Part shown: one piece after another, positions 31,676-38,164 of the stretch
Layout: each line of letters begins with the position of its first letter
Position numbering within the stretch: position 1 is the first letter of the stretch
From: a virus
Virus record (IMG/VR): IMGVR_UViG_3300015341_000001
Location: 1 to 38,164 of that record
Length of the DNA: 38,164 nucleotides
Direction: 5' to 3' (one strand)
Translations under genes and position numbers: made by a program
Notes under the pieces: model-generated
What the model saw: the letters and a program-made list of their open reading frames with translations, nothing else
Told to the model about the DNA's origin: nothing
The model's database searches: none

Positions 31676-31887
31676 CCCGGCACGGCTGGCTCGAGCCGTG
31701 GAGCGGGCCGATCTACACGGAGTGCGCCACGGGCAAGACGGCCTGGGCCGAGCGAGCGCACGCACGCAACGCGCTGCGGTCGATGCCGAAGGGCCATGGC
31801 ATGAGCGCGTACCGCTGCCAGGGCTGCGATCTCTGGCACATCGGCCACCTCGCGCCGGTCGTGAAGCGTGGAATGAGCGAGCGATGA
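31672..31887 (+). CDS. Small zinc-ribbon-like protein
   Basis: GTGA overlap. Contains YTECATGK...YRCQGCDLWHIGH. Confidence 0.6.
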   Translation: MTRHGWLEPWSGPIYTECATGKTAWAERAHARNALRSMPKGHGMSAYRCQGCDLWHIGHLAPVVKRGMSER

Positions 31888-32081
31888 GTGGCAAATGGAA
31901 CGTCGGTTACCTCGACGACACCGACGAGGTTCACGCGTGGCCGGTTGACGATCTCGTTGCGCATGAAGCGCAAAGTTGCGCGTGTGGCCCTAGCCTCGAA
32001 GCCGTTCCGCGACCGGATGGCTCTACAGGGTGGGCCCACTGGCACGCCTCGCTTGATGGTCGCGAAGCGTACGAGAGGTAA
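31884..32081 (+). CDS. Small hypothetical protein
   Basis: ATGA overlap. 65 aa, with HEAQSCACGP...WAHWHASLDGRE. Confidence 0.6.
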   Translation: MSGKWNVGYLDDTDEVHAWPVDDLVAHEAQSCACGPSLEAVPRPDGSTGWAHWHASLDGREAYER

Positions 32082-32090
32082 GATGCGACC

Positions 32091-32288
32091 ATGACTCCCG
32101 AAGAGCTGGCCGTCGGAACGGTCGTGGTGGTCGCCACCGCTGACCACCCCCGCTGTTGCGAGGGCCGAGAAGGCGTGGTTGTGGCTTGCCGTTGCGGTTA
32201 CCGCCACCCCGGTATCGCGGTCGTCGAGCCCTTCGGCACGAAGTCGACGTACCGTTTCAGTGTGGGTCAGCTCGAGGTCAAGTCATGA
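32091..32288 (+). CDS. Small hypothetical protein
   Basis: The ATG is preceded by the conserved 17-mer taagatgcgaccatgac. 65 aa. Confidence 0.6.
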   Translation: MTPEELAVGTVVVVATADHPRCCEGREGVVVACRCGYRHPGIAVVEPFGTKSTYRFSVGQLEVKS

Positions 32289-32536
32289 CCTCCGAAGCTG
32301 TTCACTACCTCGCCATTCAGGTCGAGTCCTATTGCGACTCGACTCGCCTCGGCATTTTCGACACGCTGGAAGCGGCGCAGAAGTACATCGAAAACGAACC
32401 GGGCGCCGAGGCTGTGGACGTGCAGGGATGGCGGGGCGACGAGCAAGTTCTTGACTCAGCGCGGTGGAGCCCAGCAAGCCACCCTTACAAGTGGACGACG
32501 AAGTACTACGCGAACGGCCGCGAGGTTAAGTCATGA
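32285..32536 (+). CDS. Small hypothetical protein
   Basis: ATGA overlap. 83 aa. Confidence 0.6.
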   Translation: MTSEAVHYLAIQVESYCDSTRLGIFDTLEAAQKYIENEPGAEAVDVQGWRGDEQVLDSARWSPASHPYKWTTKYYANGREVKS

Positions 32537-33105
32537 CCGCCGCCCCGAACTTCCGAGAGCTGATCGCCGTGCGCGTGATGCGCGAGCAAGAGTGGGCTTA
32601 CGAGCAGCGCTCGCGCCACCTCTCGTATCGCGAAATGCGCCGGCGCTCCATCCTCCCGACGTACCAAGGCGGCCTCGGCTACGACGTCAGCGAGCACACG
32701 CTCAAGGGCCTCGTCACCGGCTACACGGAACGCATGCGCGAGACGTTGCAGGAGTCGCCGGAGTTCTACATGCACCGCGAGCTCGCCGACCTCGAAGAGC
32801 AGTACCGCGTCGCCGCCGCGCTGGCCGACCCGATCGACCGCAGCGCGACGATGCTGGCCGCCTACGCGTTGGGCTTCGAGTCTGTCGAGGAACTGCTCGC
32901 CGAGTCGCCCGCGTCTGCCGTGCCGCAGGACGGTCGCGTCATCCTTGCCGCGTTGGCGACGATGCGGCAGACAGGCGAGCGCCGCGCGAAGCTGCTCGGC
33001 CTCGACGCCGCGACGACGCACAAGCTCGACGTCACCGTCACCGATGCCGTCGACGCCGAGGTCGCGCGCCTCGCCGCCGAGCTGGACAGCGCCGCCACCT
33101 CGTGA
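32533..33105 (+). CDS. Terminase small subunit (by position)
   Basis: 190 aa, directly upstream of and coupled to the large terminase. Helical and charged. No specific motif recognised. Confidence 0.55.
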   Translation: MTAAPNFRELIAVRVMREQEWAYEQRSRHLSYREMRRRSILPTYQGGLGYDVSEHTLKGLVTGYTERMRETLQESPEFYMHRELADLEEQYRVAAALADPIDRSATMLAAYALGFESVEELLAESPASAVPQDGRVILAALATMRQTGERRAKLLGLDAATTHKLDVTVTDAVDAEVARLAAELDSAATS

Positions 33106-34637
33106 CCCCCCTCGAGCGTGTCCGCGCGAAGCTTGCCGCGACGGCGCCGAACGGCGAGTGGGACGGGCCGGCGTACGCGTCGCCGCTGGGGCGGAAGGCT
33201 GCGACGTATGGCGACCCTCTCGCGTTTGCCGTCGTGTACCTCGGTCACCACCTCCGCGACGCCGACGGCCGCATCACCCTCTCCTCGATCCACGTTGCGT
33301 GGGCCGAGTCCGCGAAGCGGTGGATGCGCGTCGATACGGAGCCGATGGACGATCGCCGGAGTGAGGTCGCTCCGCGCGAGTCGGGCAAATCGACCTGGCA
33401 CTTTCTTCTGCTGCCGATGTGGGCCGCGGCACACGGGCACAAGCGCTTCGCCGCCGCTTTCGCGAACACCCCGTCGCAGGCTGAGACTCAGCTCGCCTCG
33501 TTCAAGGCCGAGCTCGGCAGCAACGTGCTGCTTCGTGCCGATTACCCCGAGCTGTGCGAGCCCAAGACGCGGGGGCGCGGAACGGTGGAGGCTGACCGGG
33601 TGTCGCTCTACCACGCGCAGAGCGGCTTCGTGTTCGCCGCATCGGGGATGGATTCGGCGAACCTCGGGCTCAAGGTCGGCAACACGCGACCCGACCTCCT
33701 TATCATGGACGACATCGAGCCGCACGAGTCGAACTACTCGCCGGCGCTGGCCGCGAAGCGTCTCGACACTTTGCAGTCTGCGATCCTCCCGCTCAACATT
33801 CGCGCGTCGGTGATCCTTGTCGGCACGGTGACGATGCCAGGCAGCGTGGTGCATCAGGTCGCGCAGTACGGCAACGGCTCGCGCGCGCCAGAGCTGCAGT
33901 GGGTCGCCGAACAGCACATCGTTGCGCGCCACTTTCCCGCGCTCGTCACCGAGGACGACGGGTCGCGCGTGTCGATTTGGCCGGAGAAGTGGCCGACACA
34001 GATGCTGCTCGACATGCAGCACACGCGGCACTACCTGAAGAACTACGCCAACGATCCGCGCGGTGGCGAGGGCGGGTACTGGACGATCGAAGACCTGAAG
34101 CGCGAGCCGGCCGACAGCGGCCTGGTCATCACGCACCGGCTTCTCAGCGTCGACCCCGCCGTCACGACAAAGGGGACGAGCGACTTCACCGGCCTCACGG
34201 TCCTCGGGTTCAGTCGCCCGGAAGGCCGCGTCGTGGTCCTCGGTTCGTGGCAGGTGAAGCTCGACCCGGAGAAGCTGCGGGCTCGCGTGCTCGACATCGT
34301 GAACGACTACGACGTCGGGCTGCTGCTGGTCGAGACGAACCAGGGCGGCGACCTTTGGCGCGGCATCTTCCACCACCTACCGATCCCGCTGAAAACCGTG
34401 CACCAGTCCGCGTCGAAGGAGGTACGCGCTGCCGAGGCGCTGAACCACACGCAGCGCGGCAAGGTGACACTCGCCGAGGGCGCCGACCTCGCAGCGCTCG
34501 AGGCGCAGCTCGTGTCGTTCCCGAACGCGCCGCACGACGACATGCTCGACTCGTTCACGTCGGGCGTCATTTACTTCATGTCGACCACGAAGAAGCGCCG
34601 CAGCGGCGTCGGCGCGACGAGCGTCGCGTACGCTTGA
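33102..34637 (+). CDS. Terminase large subunit
   Basis: GTG 33102 overlaps the upstream TGA. Walker A APRESGKST and Walker B DLLIMDDIE, with a nuclease-type C-terminal half. The ORF-track N-terminal extension is Arg-rich and overlaps the small-subunit gene. Confidence 0.9.
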   Translation: MTPLERVRAKLAATAPNGEWDGPAYASPLGRKAATYGDPLAFAVVYLGHHLRDADGRITLSSIHVAWAESAKRWMRVDTEPMDDRRSEVAPRESGKSTWHFLLLPMWAAAHGHKRFAAAFANTPSQAETQLASFKAELGSNVLLRADYPELCEPKTRGRGTVEADRVSLYHAQSGFVFAASGMDSANLGLKVGNTRPDLLIMDDIEPHESNYSPALAAKRLDTLQSAILPLNIRASVILVGTVTMPGSVVHQVAQYGNGSRAPELQWVAEQHIVARHFPALVTEDDGSRVSIWPEKWPTQMLLDMQHTRHYLKNYANDPRGGEGGYWTIEDLKREPADSGLVITHRLLSVDPAVTTKGTSDFTGLTVLGFSRPEGRVVVLGSWQVKLDPEKLRARVLDIVNDYDVGLLLVETNQGGDLWRGIFHHLPIPLKTVHQSASKEVRAAEALNHTQRGKVTLAEGADLAALEAQLVSFPNAPHDDMLDSFTSGVIYFMSTTKKRRSGVGATSVAYA

Positions 34638-34652
34638 CGCGTCACTAAGTAG
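34632..34652. repeat. Left junction repeat, copy A (gcttgacgcgtcactaagtag), spanning the terminase stop
   Basis: Identical 21-mer at 36978..36998. Homology continues imperfectly through ctaggct and atgac.aat. Confidence 0.9.
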
Positions 34653-34662
34653 CGGCTAGGCT
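34634..34662 (+). promoter_or_regulatory. Putative promoter TTGACG-N17-TAGGCT, ending 6 nt before ATG 34669
   Basis: Read directly. The -35 hexamer overlaps the terminase TGA. Confidence 0.5.
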
Positions 34663-34668
34663 GGGCAC

Positions 34669-34962
34669 ATGACGAATGAATCCGACGCCCCCGTGACGCG
34701 ACCCGACCTCGACGCGCTGATCGCAGAACTGCATCGCGAGCTGAATTTGCTCATCGAAGAGGCAGTCGCAGCAGAGCGTGAACGGCAGATCACCATTGGT
34801 TACGACCAGAAACACGACGATGCGCACGGCCTTGACCACCTCTGGGGCTGGGCTCAGCACTACCGGGCCAAGGGTGAGTTCATCAAGTCGCTAGCCCTGT
34901 TTCGGGCTTTTGATGAATCGCAGAAACGCAGGGTCGTGGCGATTGGGAGTGGGACCAGATGA
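34669..34962 (+). CDS. Hypothetical protein with a GYDQKHDDAHGLDHL motif (first gene of cassette 1)
   Basis: 97 aa. Codon third positions are visibly more A/T-rich than in neighbouring genes. Confidence 0.65.
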   Translation: MTNESDAPVTRPDLDALIAELHRELNLLIEEAVAAERERQITIGYDQKHDDAHGLDHLWGWAQHYRAKGEFIKSLALFRAFDESQKRRVVAIGSGTR

Positions 34963-35063
34963 GCCCCGTTGAATGGCACCTGTTGCTGTCTGGCTTCGCA
35001 AGTGGATTTTTGGTTGCTTTGGCCTTAGCAGACGCCGTTGATCGGCATAGGAGCAAGAAATGA
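34959..35063 (+). CDS. 34-aa single-TM peptide
   Basis: ATGA overlap. MSPVEWHLLLSGFASGFLVALALADAVDRHRSKK. Not in the ORF track (short). Confidence 0.45.
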   Translation: MSPVEWHLLLSGFASGFLVALALADAVDRHRSKK

Positions 35064-35149
35064 CCATGGATAACAGCATTCCCGCGGGCATTATGCGCCT
35101 GACTCGTGAGCGCGACGAGTCTCGCGCCGCTCCAACCGCCGAGCAATGA
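35060..35149 (+). CDS. 29-aa peptide
   Basis: ATGA overlaps on both sides. MTMDNSIPAGIMRLTRERDESRAAPTAEQ. Confidence 0.35.
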   Translation: MTMDNSIPAGIMRLTRERDESRAAPTAEQ

Positions 35150-35382
35150 AGAACGCACGAGGCCGGACGTTCGGCACCCCGCTCACTCCGCGCCAGTTCG
35201 ACACGCTGCTGCTACTCGCCAGCGGCGAGACGGGGACGAGCATCGCGGCCGAGCTGGGTGTGCAACCGAACACGGTCCACGTTTTCACGGTGCAGCTCAA
35301 GGCGAAGCTCGGTGCGAAGACGACCGCTCACGCCGTTGCGATCGGCTACCACACCGGCCTGTTGACCGTCGCCCGAGCATAG
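35146..35382 (+). CDS. Stand-alone LuxR/GerE-type HTH DNA-binding protein (second copy in the genome)
   Basis: LTPRQFDTLLLLASGETGTSIAAELGVQPNTVHVFTVQLKAKLGAKTTAHAVAIGY. ATGA overlap with the upstream peptide. Confidence 0.8.
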   Translation: MKNARGRTFGTPLTPRQFDTLLLLASGETGTSIAAELGVQPNTVHVFTVQLKAKLGAKTTAHAVAIGYHTGLLTVARA

Positions 35383-35402
35383 GCCCGCGTCGGGGCCGCA
35401 TC

Positions 35403-35432
35403 CGCTAAGATGCGTCCATGACCAACGCGCCG
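35403..35432. repeat. Right junction repeat, copy A (cgctaagatgcgtccatgaccaacgcgccg), spanning the portal start
   Basis: 29 of 30 nt are identical to 37247..37276. Confidence 0.9.
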
Positions 35433-36983
35433 GAGAAGCTCGACGACATTCAAGCCGACCTCGGCCGCGCGTTCCAGCTCATGGATGACAAGCACGACGG
35501 GTACGTCGCCGCGTTCGAGTACCACGCCGGCACCCGCCACGAGGTTGCGTCGTCCGAGACGGTGCGGAAGATCATCGAGAATAGCGCCGAGGCGCACCCG
35601 ATCAGCCTCGCGCACATCGCCGTCGACGCCCCGTTCGACAAGATCGAGCTCACCGCCATCACGTCGCCCGACGCCGCAGCGTCCGCGCTGCTCGAAACGT
35701 TCTGGCTCGCGAACGACGTCGAGGACGAGTCGGACGACTGGCACCGCAAGGCGGGCATCTACGGTGACTATTACGTCATCCTCGACATCACCGAGACGGA
35801 CAACAACGGCAACGCCACCGAGTTCCGCGCGGTCGGTTCGTCGCCCCTCTCGACCATCACGATGTACTCGTCGAAGGACCAGCGCACCCCGCTCTACAGC
35901 GTGAAGCGGTGGCGTCACGGCCGCGACGCGTACGCGAACGTCTTCTATGACGACGTGACGGTCCGCCTCGTCGCGACGGGCGCCGGCGAGTCGACGCTCG
36001 ACCCGAAGAAGTTCCAGTACGAGTACGACTTGGACCCGACTGACGGCACGCCCATCGAGGACTCGGAGCGACCCAGTCACCCGGGTGGTCGCCAGCTCGT
36101 CGTGCACTACGCCGTGGACAGCAAGCCGTACGGCACGCCGGTGCACGTCAAGGCGTTCGGCCCGCAGGACGCGATCACGAAGGTGTCGGCGACGAACCTC
36201 GCGAACGTCGACGGGCAGGGCTTCGGCGCCCGCTACGCGCTCATGGACCCGATGGCCGAGATCGACGATGACATCGACGATGACTTCGGAACCGATGGCC
36301 CGGGCACCTCGAGCGCGGACAGTGACGGGCTGACGAAGGCGACGACCAAGGCCGTCAAGTCCGGGCCCGGGGCGGTCGCCCTTCTCAAGGGCGTCAAGAG
36401 CGTCGGCGAATGGGCCGCCACCTCGAGCGACGACTTCTTGAAGAACCTCGACTGGTACGTCCGCGTCATGGCTGTCGCCACCGGCGTGCCGCTGTTCGAG
36501 TTCGACCTCAACGGCGAGCAGCCGTCCGGCGAGGCGCGTCGCCGTGCCGAGGGGCGGATCAACCGTCACGTGAAGAAGATCATGCGCGCGCTCGGCGGTG
36601 CCAGCGAAGAGCTCGGCCGTCTCGTGCTGCTCGTGCAGGGCCGCGACGCCAAGGTGGTTGCGGATTTCGCGCCGACCGAGAACGCGATGGACAAAGACGG
36701 CCTCGAGCTCGTGTCGGCGAAGGTCAAGGCGGGCATCCCGCTCAAGGTCGCGCTGCTCGAGCAGGGGTACCCCCAGTCCGAGGTCGACGAGTGGTTCCCC
36801 GAGACGTTCGGCTTTTCCCCCGAGCTGGTTGCCCTTATCGCGTCCGCGCTGCAGCAGCTCGGACAGGCGAAGACGCTCGGCGTCATCACCGACGAGGAAC
36901 TCGCCGACATGCTGCCGACCATCCTTACCGGCGCGCGCGGCGAGGCGGTCTCCGTCGACGTACCAGCCGAGACTGTTGCTTGA
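35418..36983 (+). CDS. Portal protein
   Basis: 521 aa, between the terminase and the MuF-like gene. Acidic, with typical portal size and position. Confidence 0.85.
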   Translation: MTNAPEKLDDIQADLGRAFQLMDDKHDGYVAAFEYHAGTRHEVASSETVRKIIENSAEAHPISLAHIAVDAPFDKIELTAITSPDAAASALLETFWLANDVEDESDDWHRKAGIYGDYYVILDITETDNNGNATEFRAVGSSPLSTITMYSSKDQRTPLYSVKRWRHGRDAYANVFYDDVTVRLVATGAGESTLDPKKFQYEYDLDPTDGTPIEDSERPSHPGGRQLVVHYAVDSKPYGTPVHVKAFGPQDAITKVSATNLANVDGQGFGARYALMDPMAEIDDDIDDDFGTDGPGTSSADSDGLTKATTKAVKSGPGAVALLKGVKSVGEWAATSSDDFLKNLDWYVRVMAVATGVPLFEFDLNGEQPSGEARRRAEGRINRHVKKIMRALGGASEELGRLVLLVQGRDAKVVADFAPTENAMDKDGLELVSAKVKAGIPLKVALLEQGYPQSEVDEWFPETFGFSPELVALIASALQQLGQAKTLGVITDEELADMLPTILTGARGEAVSVDVPAETVA

Positions 36984-36998
36984 CGCGTCACTAAGTAG
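36978..36998. repeat. Left junction repeat, copy B, spanning the portal stop
   Basis: Identical to 34632..34652. Confidence 0.9.
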
Positions 36999-37007
36999 TG
37001 CTAGGCT
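36980..37007 (+). promoter_or_regulatory. Putative promoter TTGACG-N16-TAGGCT, ending 6 nt before ATG 37014
   Basis: Same architecture as the promoter at 34634..34662. Confidence 0.5.
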
Positions 37008-37013
37008 ACAGTC

Positions 37014-37223
37014 ATGACAAATCAGAACCCCAATCAGGCCGAGCTTGTTTTTCAGCGGAACGACATTGTCAAGTTTCCGACTGGGGGAGTGTTCTACAAA
37101 GTGGTCACAATCCGCGGCGATGACATCTACATTCGCATGGCGTCTGGCAACGCAAATCGGGCAAGCACTCGGCGCGTTACGGCAGATCGTATTCGACTCC
37201 ACCGCCGCCCCGAGGTGGGTTGA
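37014..37223 (+). CDS. Small beta-rich hypothetical protein (cassette 2)
   Basis: 69 aa. MTNQNPNQAELVFQRNDIVKFPTGGVFYKVVTIRGDDIYIRM... Codon usage is A/T-richer. Confidence 0.6.
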   Translation: MTNQNPNQAELVFQRNDIVKFPTGGVFYKVVTIRGDDIYIRMASGNANRASTRRVTADRIRLHRRPEVG

Positions 37224-37246
37224 TTACCCAGCAGTGGGGTCCCGTT

Positions 37247-37276
37247 CGCTAAGATGCGTCCATGACTAACGCGCCG
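37247..37276. repeat. Right junction repeat, copy B (duplicate of the portal translation-start region)
   Basis: cgctaagatgcgtccatgactaacgcgccg, compared with 35403..35432. Confidence 0.9.
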
Positions 37277-37288
37277 CAGGCTAACTGA
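37262..37288 (+). other. 8-codon mini-ORF (MTNAPQAN), a copy of the portal 5' end terminating on the MuF-like start (TGATG)
   Basis: atg act aac gcg ccg cag gct aac tga. The final A of the TGA is the A of ATG 37288. Confidence 0.4.
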
Positions 37289-38163
37289 TGAGCGCGGAAC
37301 AGCAGCTCACCGAGCTCGAGGAGCGCGTGCTTGGCACGGTTCGCATCGGCGGGTGGCTCGCTGCCGTCAAGGAGTTGCGGCTGCTGCTCGCGATGGAGTC
37401 GCCCAGCATCCGCCGCGCGCTGTTCGCGCTCTACGCGCCGAAGGTCGAGACGAGCGCGCTAGCCGCCGTAGCCGACGCGTTCGGGCTGGGCCGCGCTGAC
37501 GCGCTCGAGCTGCTGGGCGACGACGCAGCGAAGATCGCGAAGCGCACCGCAAAAAGCGTGCCGGGCAAGGGTGCGCGTGATCCGATCCGCGGGCTGGACA
37601 AGGCGGGCGTTTCCGCGTTGGGCGCCGCGGTTGCGTTGGCGAAGACGGGCGCGGAGCCGGCGACCTACCTCGCGCCGATCTTCGGGCACGCCGACGCCAT
37701 CGAACGACGCGTGTCCGACGCGATCAACCGTGGCGGCAACGAGGGGGCGACACGGGTCGCCGATGTCGCGGGCTTGCCGACGGTGTGGATCGCCGAGCGG
37801 AACGCGTGCGTGCACTGCCTCGCGTACGCCGGTCGCGTTGCGAAGCCTGGCGAGTCATTCCCGGGCGGGCTGACGTACGGCAAGAAGAGCTACTACCCGA
37901 ACCCGCTTCCGACCCCGCCTCGACACCCGCGCTGCCGCTGCACCGTCGAGCCGTTGCTCGATCAGAGCTACGCGGATGCACTCAAGCGCGAGGCCGATCG
38001 GTCGATCCTTCGCGGCATCTCGCTCGAGTCCGAGTCGATGGGCGTTCGCGTCGACGCGGCGAAGCGACTGGTTGACGGCGGGGTAGTCGCCCCGAAGAGC
38101 GTCATCGCGTTTGCGGAACGCGCGGTGAGGTCGGGCAAGTTCCCCACACGTGGTCGGGTGTGA
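37288..38163 (+). CDS. MuF-like (SPP1 gp7 family) head morphogenesis / minor capsid protein
   Basis: ERNACVHCLAYAGRV...PTPPRHPRCRCTVEPL matches the Phage_Mu_F signature (C..C ... PP.HP.CRC). Lies after the portal. Confidence 0.85.
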   Translation: MSAEQQLTELEERVLGTVRIGGWLAAVKELRLLLAMESPSIRRALFALYAPKVETSALAAVADAFGLGRADALELLGDDAAKIAKRTAKSVPGKGARDPIRGLDKAGVSALGAAVALAKTGAEPATYLAPIFGHADAIERRVSDAINRGGNEGATRVADVAGLPTVWIAERNACVHCLAYAGRVAKPGESFPGGLTYGKKSYYPNPLPTPPRHPRCRCTVEPLLDQSYADALKREADRSILRGISLESESMGVRVDAAKRLVDGGVVAPKSVIAFAERAVRSGKFPTRGRV

Positions 38164-38164
38164 A
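38042..38164. repeat. Terminal direct repeat, copy 2
   Basis: Identical to 1..123. Confidence 0.95.

Noticed and set aside
32451-33101. The N-terminal 217-aa extension of the large terminase ORF, and similar extensions at 26806..27006, 20260..20424, 19490..19564, 24180..24401, 29599..29676 and 30062..30118.
   Set aside because: The extensions are Arg-rich, overlap better-supported upstream genes or regulatory hairpins, and internal starts give ATGA/GTGA coupling or a proper SD.
2752-37014. A striking excess of proteins starting with MT or VT (ATGAC/GTGAC).
   Set aside because: This is explained by ATGA/GTGA stop-start overlaps fixing A as the first base of codon 2, plus the G+C-driven preference for ACC/ACG (Thr). 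It is not an independent signal.
1-38164. Lysogeny module, tRNA genes, CRISPR array, reverse transcriptase/DGR or retron.
   Set aside because: I recognised no integrase or recombinase motif, no cloverleaf-like sequence and no RT motif (YxDD). The RHH and LuxR-type proteins alone do not establish temperate behaviour. Absence is by eye only and should be confirmed with tRNAscan-SE and HMM searches.

Overview
The window is a complete, circularly closed genome of a siphovirus-type tailed phage. Positions 1..123 are identical to 38042..38164, giving a unit length of 38,041 bp. The host is a high-G+C bacterium, presumably an actinobacterium; this is inferred from composition, frequent GTG starts and ATGA/GTGA gene overlaps. 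Two divergent transcription arms leave a ~520-bp non-coding control region (29.6-30.1 kb) and converge stop-on-stop at 18036..18039.

The rightward arm wraps through the window end. In order it carries:
- about ten small early genes, then the small and large terminase
- a 4-gene A/T-richer cassette, the portal, and a second 1-gene cassette
- a MuF-like protein, an M15 (VanY-like) peptidase, the scaffold and the HK97-type capsid
- connector proteins, the major tail protein, and G/G-T chaperones with a GGGAAAA -1 frameshift
- the tape measure, Dit/Tal-like minor tail proteins, and a fibre with an S74-like chaperone
- four membrane or coiled-coil (holin-like) genes and a terminator
- an extra module: a LamG-like protein with 12 exact 20-aa repeats, a small beta-rich protein and an SGNH esterase protein

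The leftward arm carries the prim-pol/D5 helicase, a Dam-like methyltransferase and a bidirectional terminator. A lone oppositely oriented RHH regulator follows, with interleaved divergent promoters. After that come a beta-helix (pectate-lyase-fold) protein, membrane proteins, a stand-alone LuxR-type HTH, a PD-(D/E)XK exonuclease containing a perfect 81-bp tandem duplication, and endonuclease VII.

I saw no integrase, tRNA, CRISPR array or reverse transcriptase.

The best candidates for something new are:
- two promoter-bearing cassettes flanking the portal gene, bounded by shared left and right junction sequences, one of which duplicates the portal start region
- a recurring TA(A/G/T)G(A/C)T-N6-ATG start architecture, including a 17-mer with a 3-codon uORF
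- the early-arm beta-helix enzyme under an RHH switch
- the post-lysis LamG-repeat/SGNH module
- the M15 peptidase located inside the head module
- the palindrome- and iteron-rich control region

All functional calls rest on motifs read by eye. No database search was possible.
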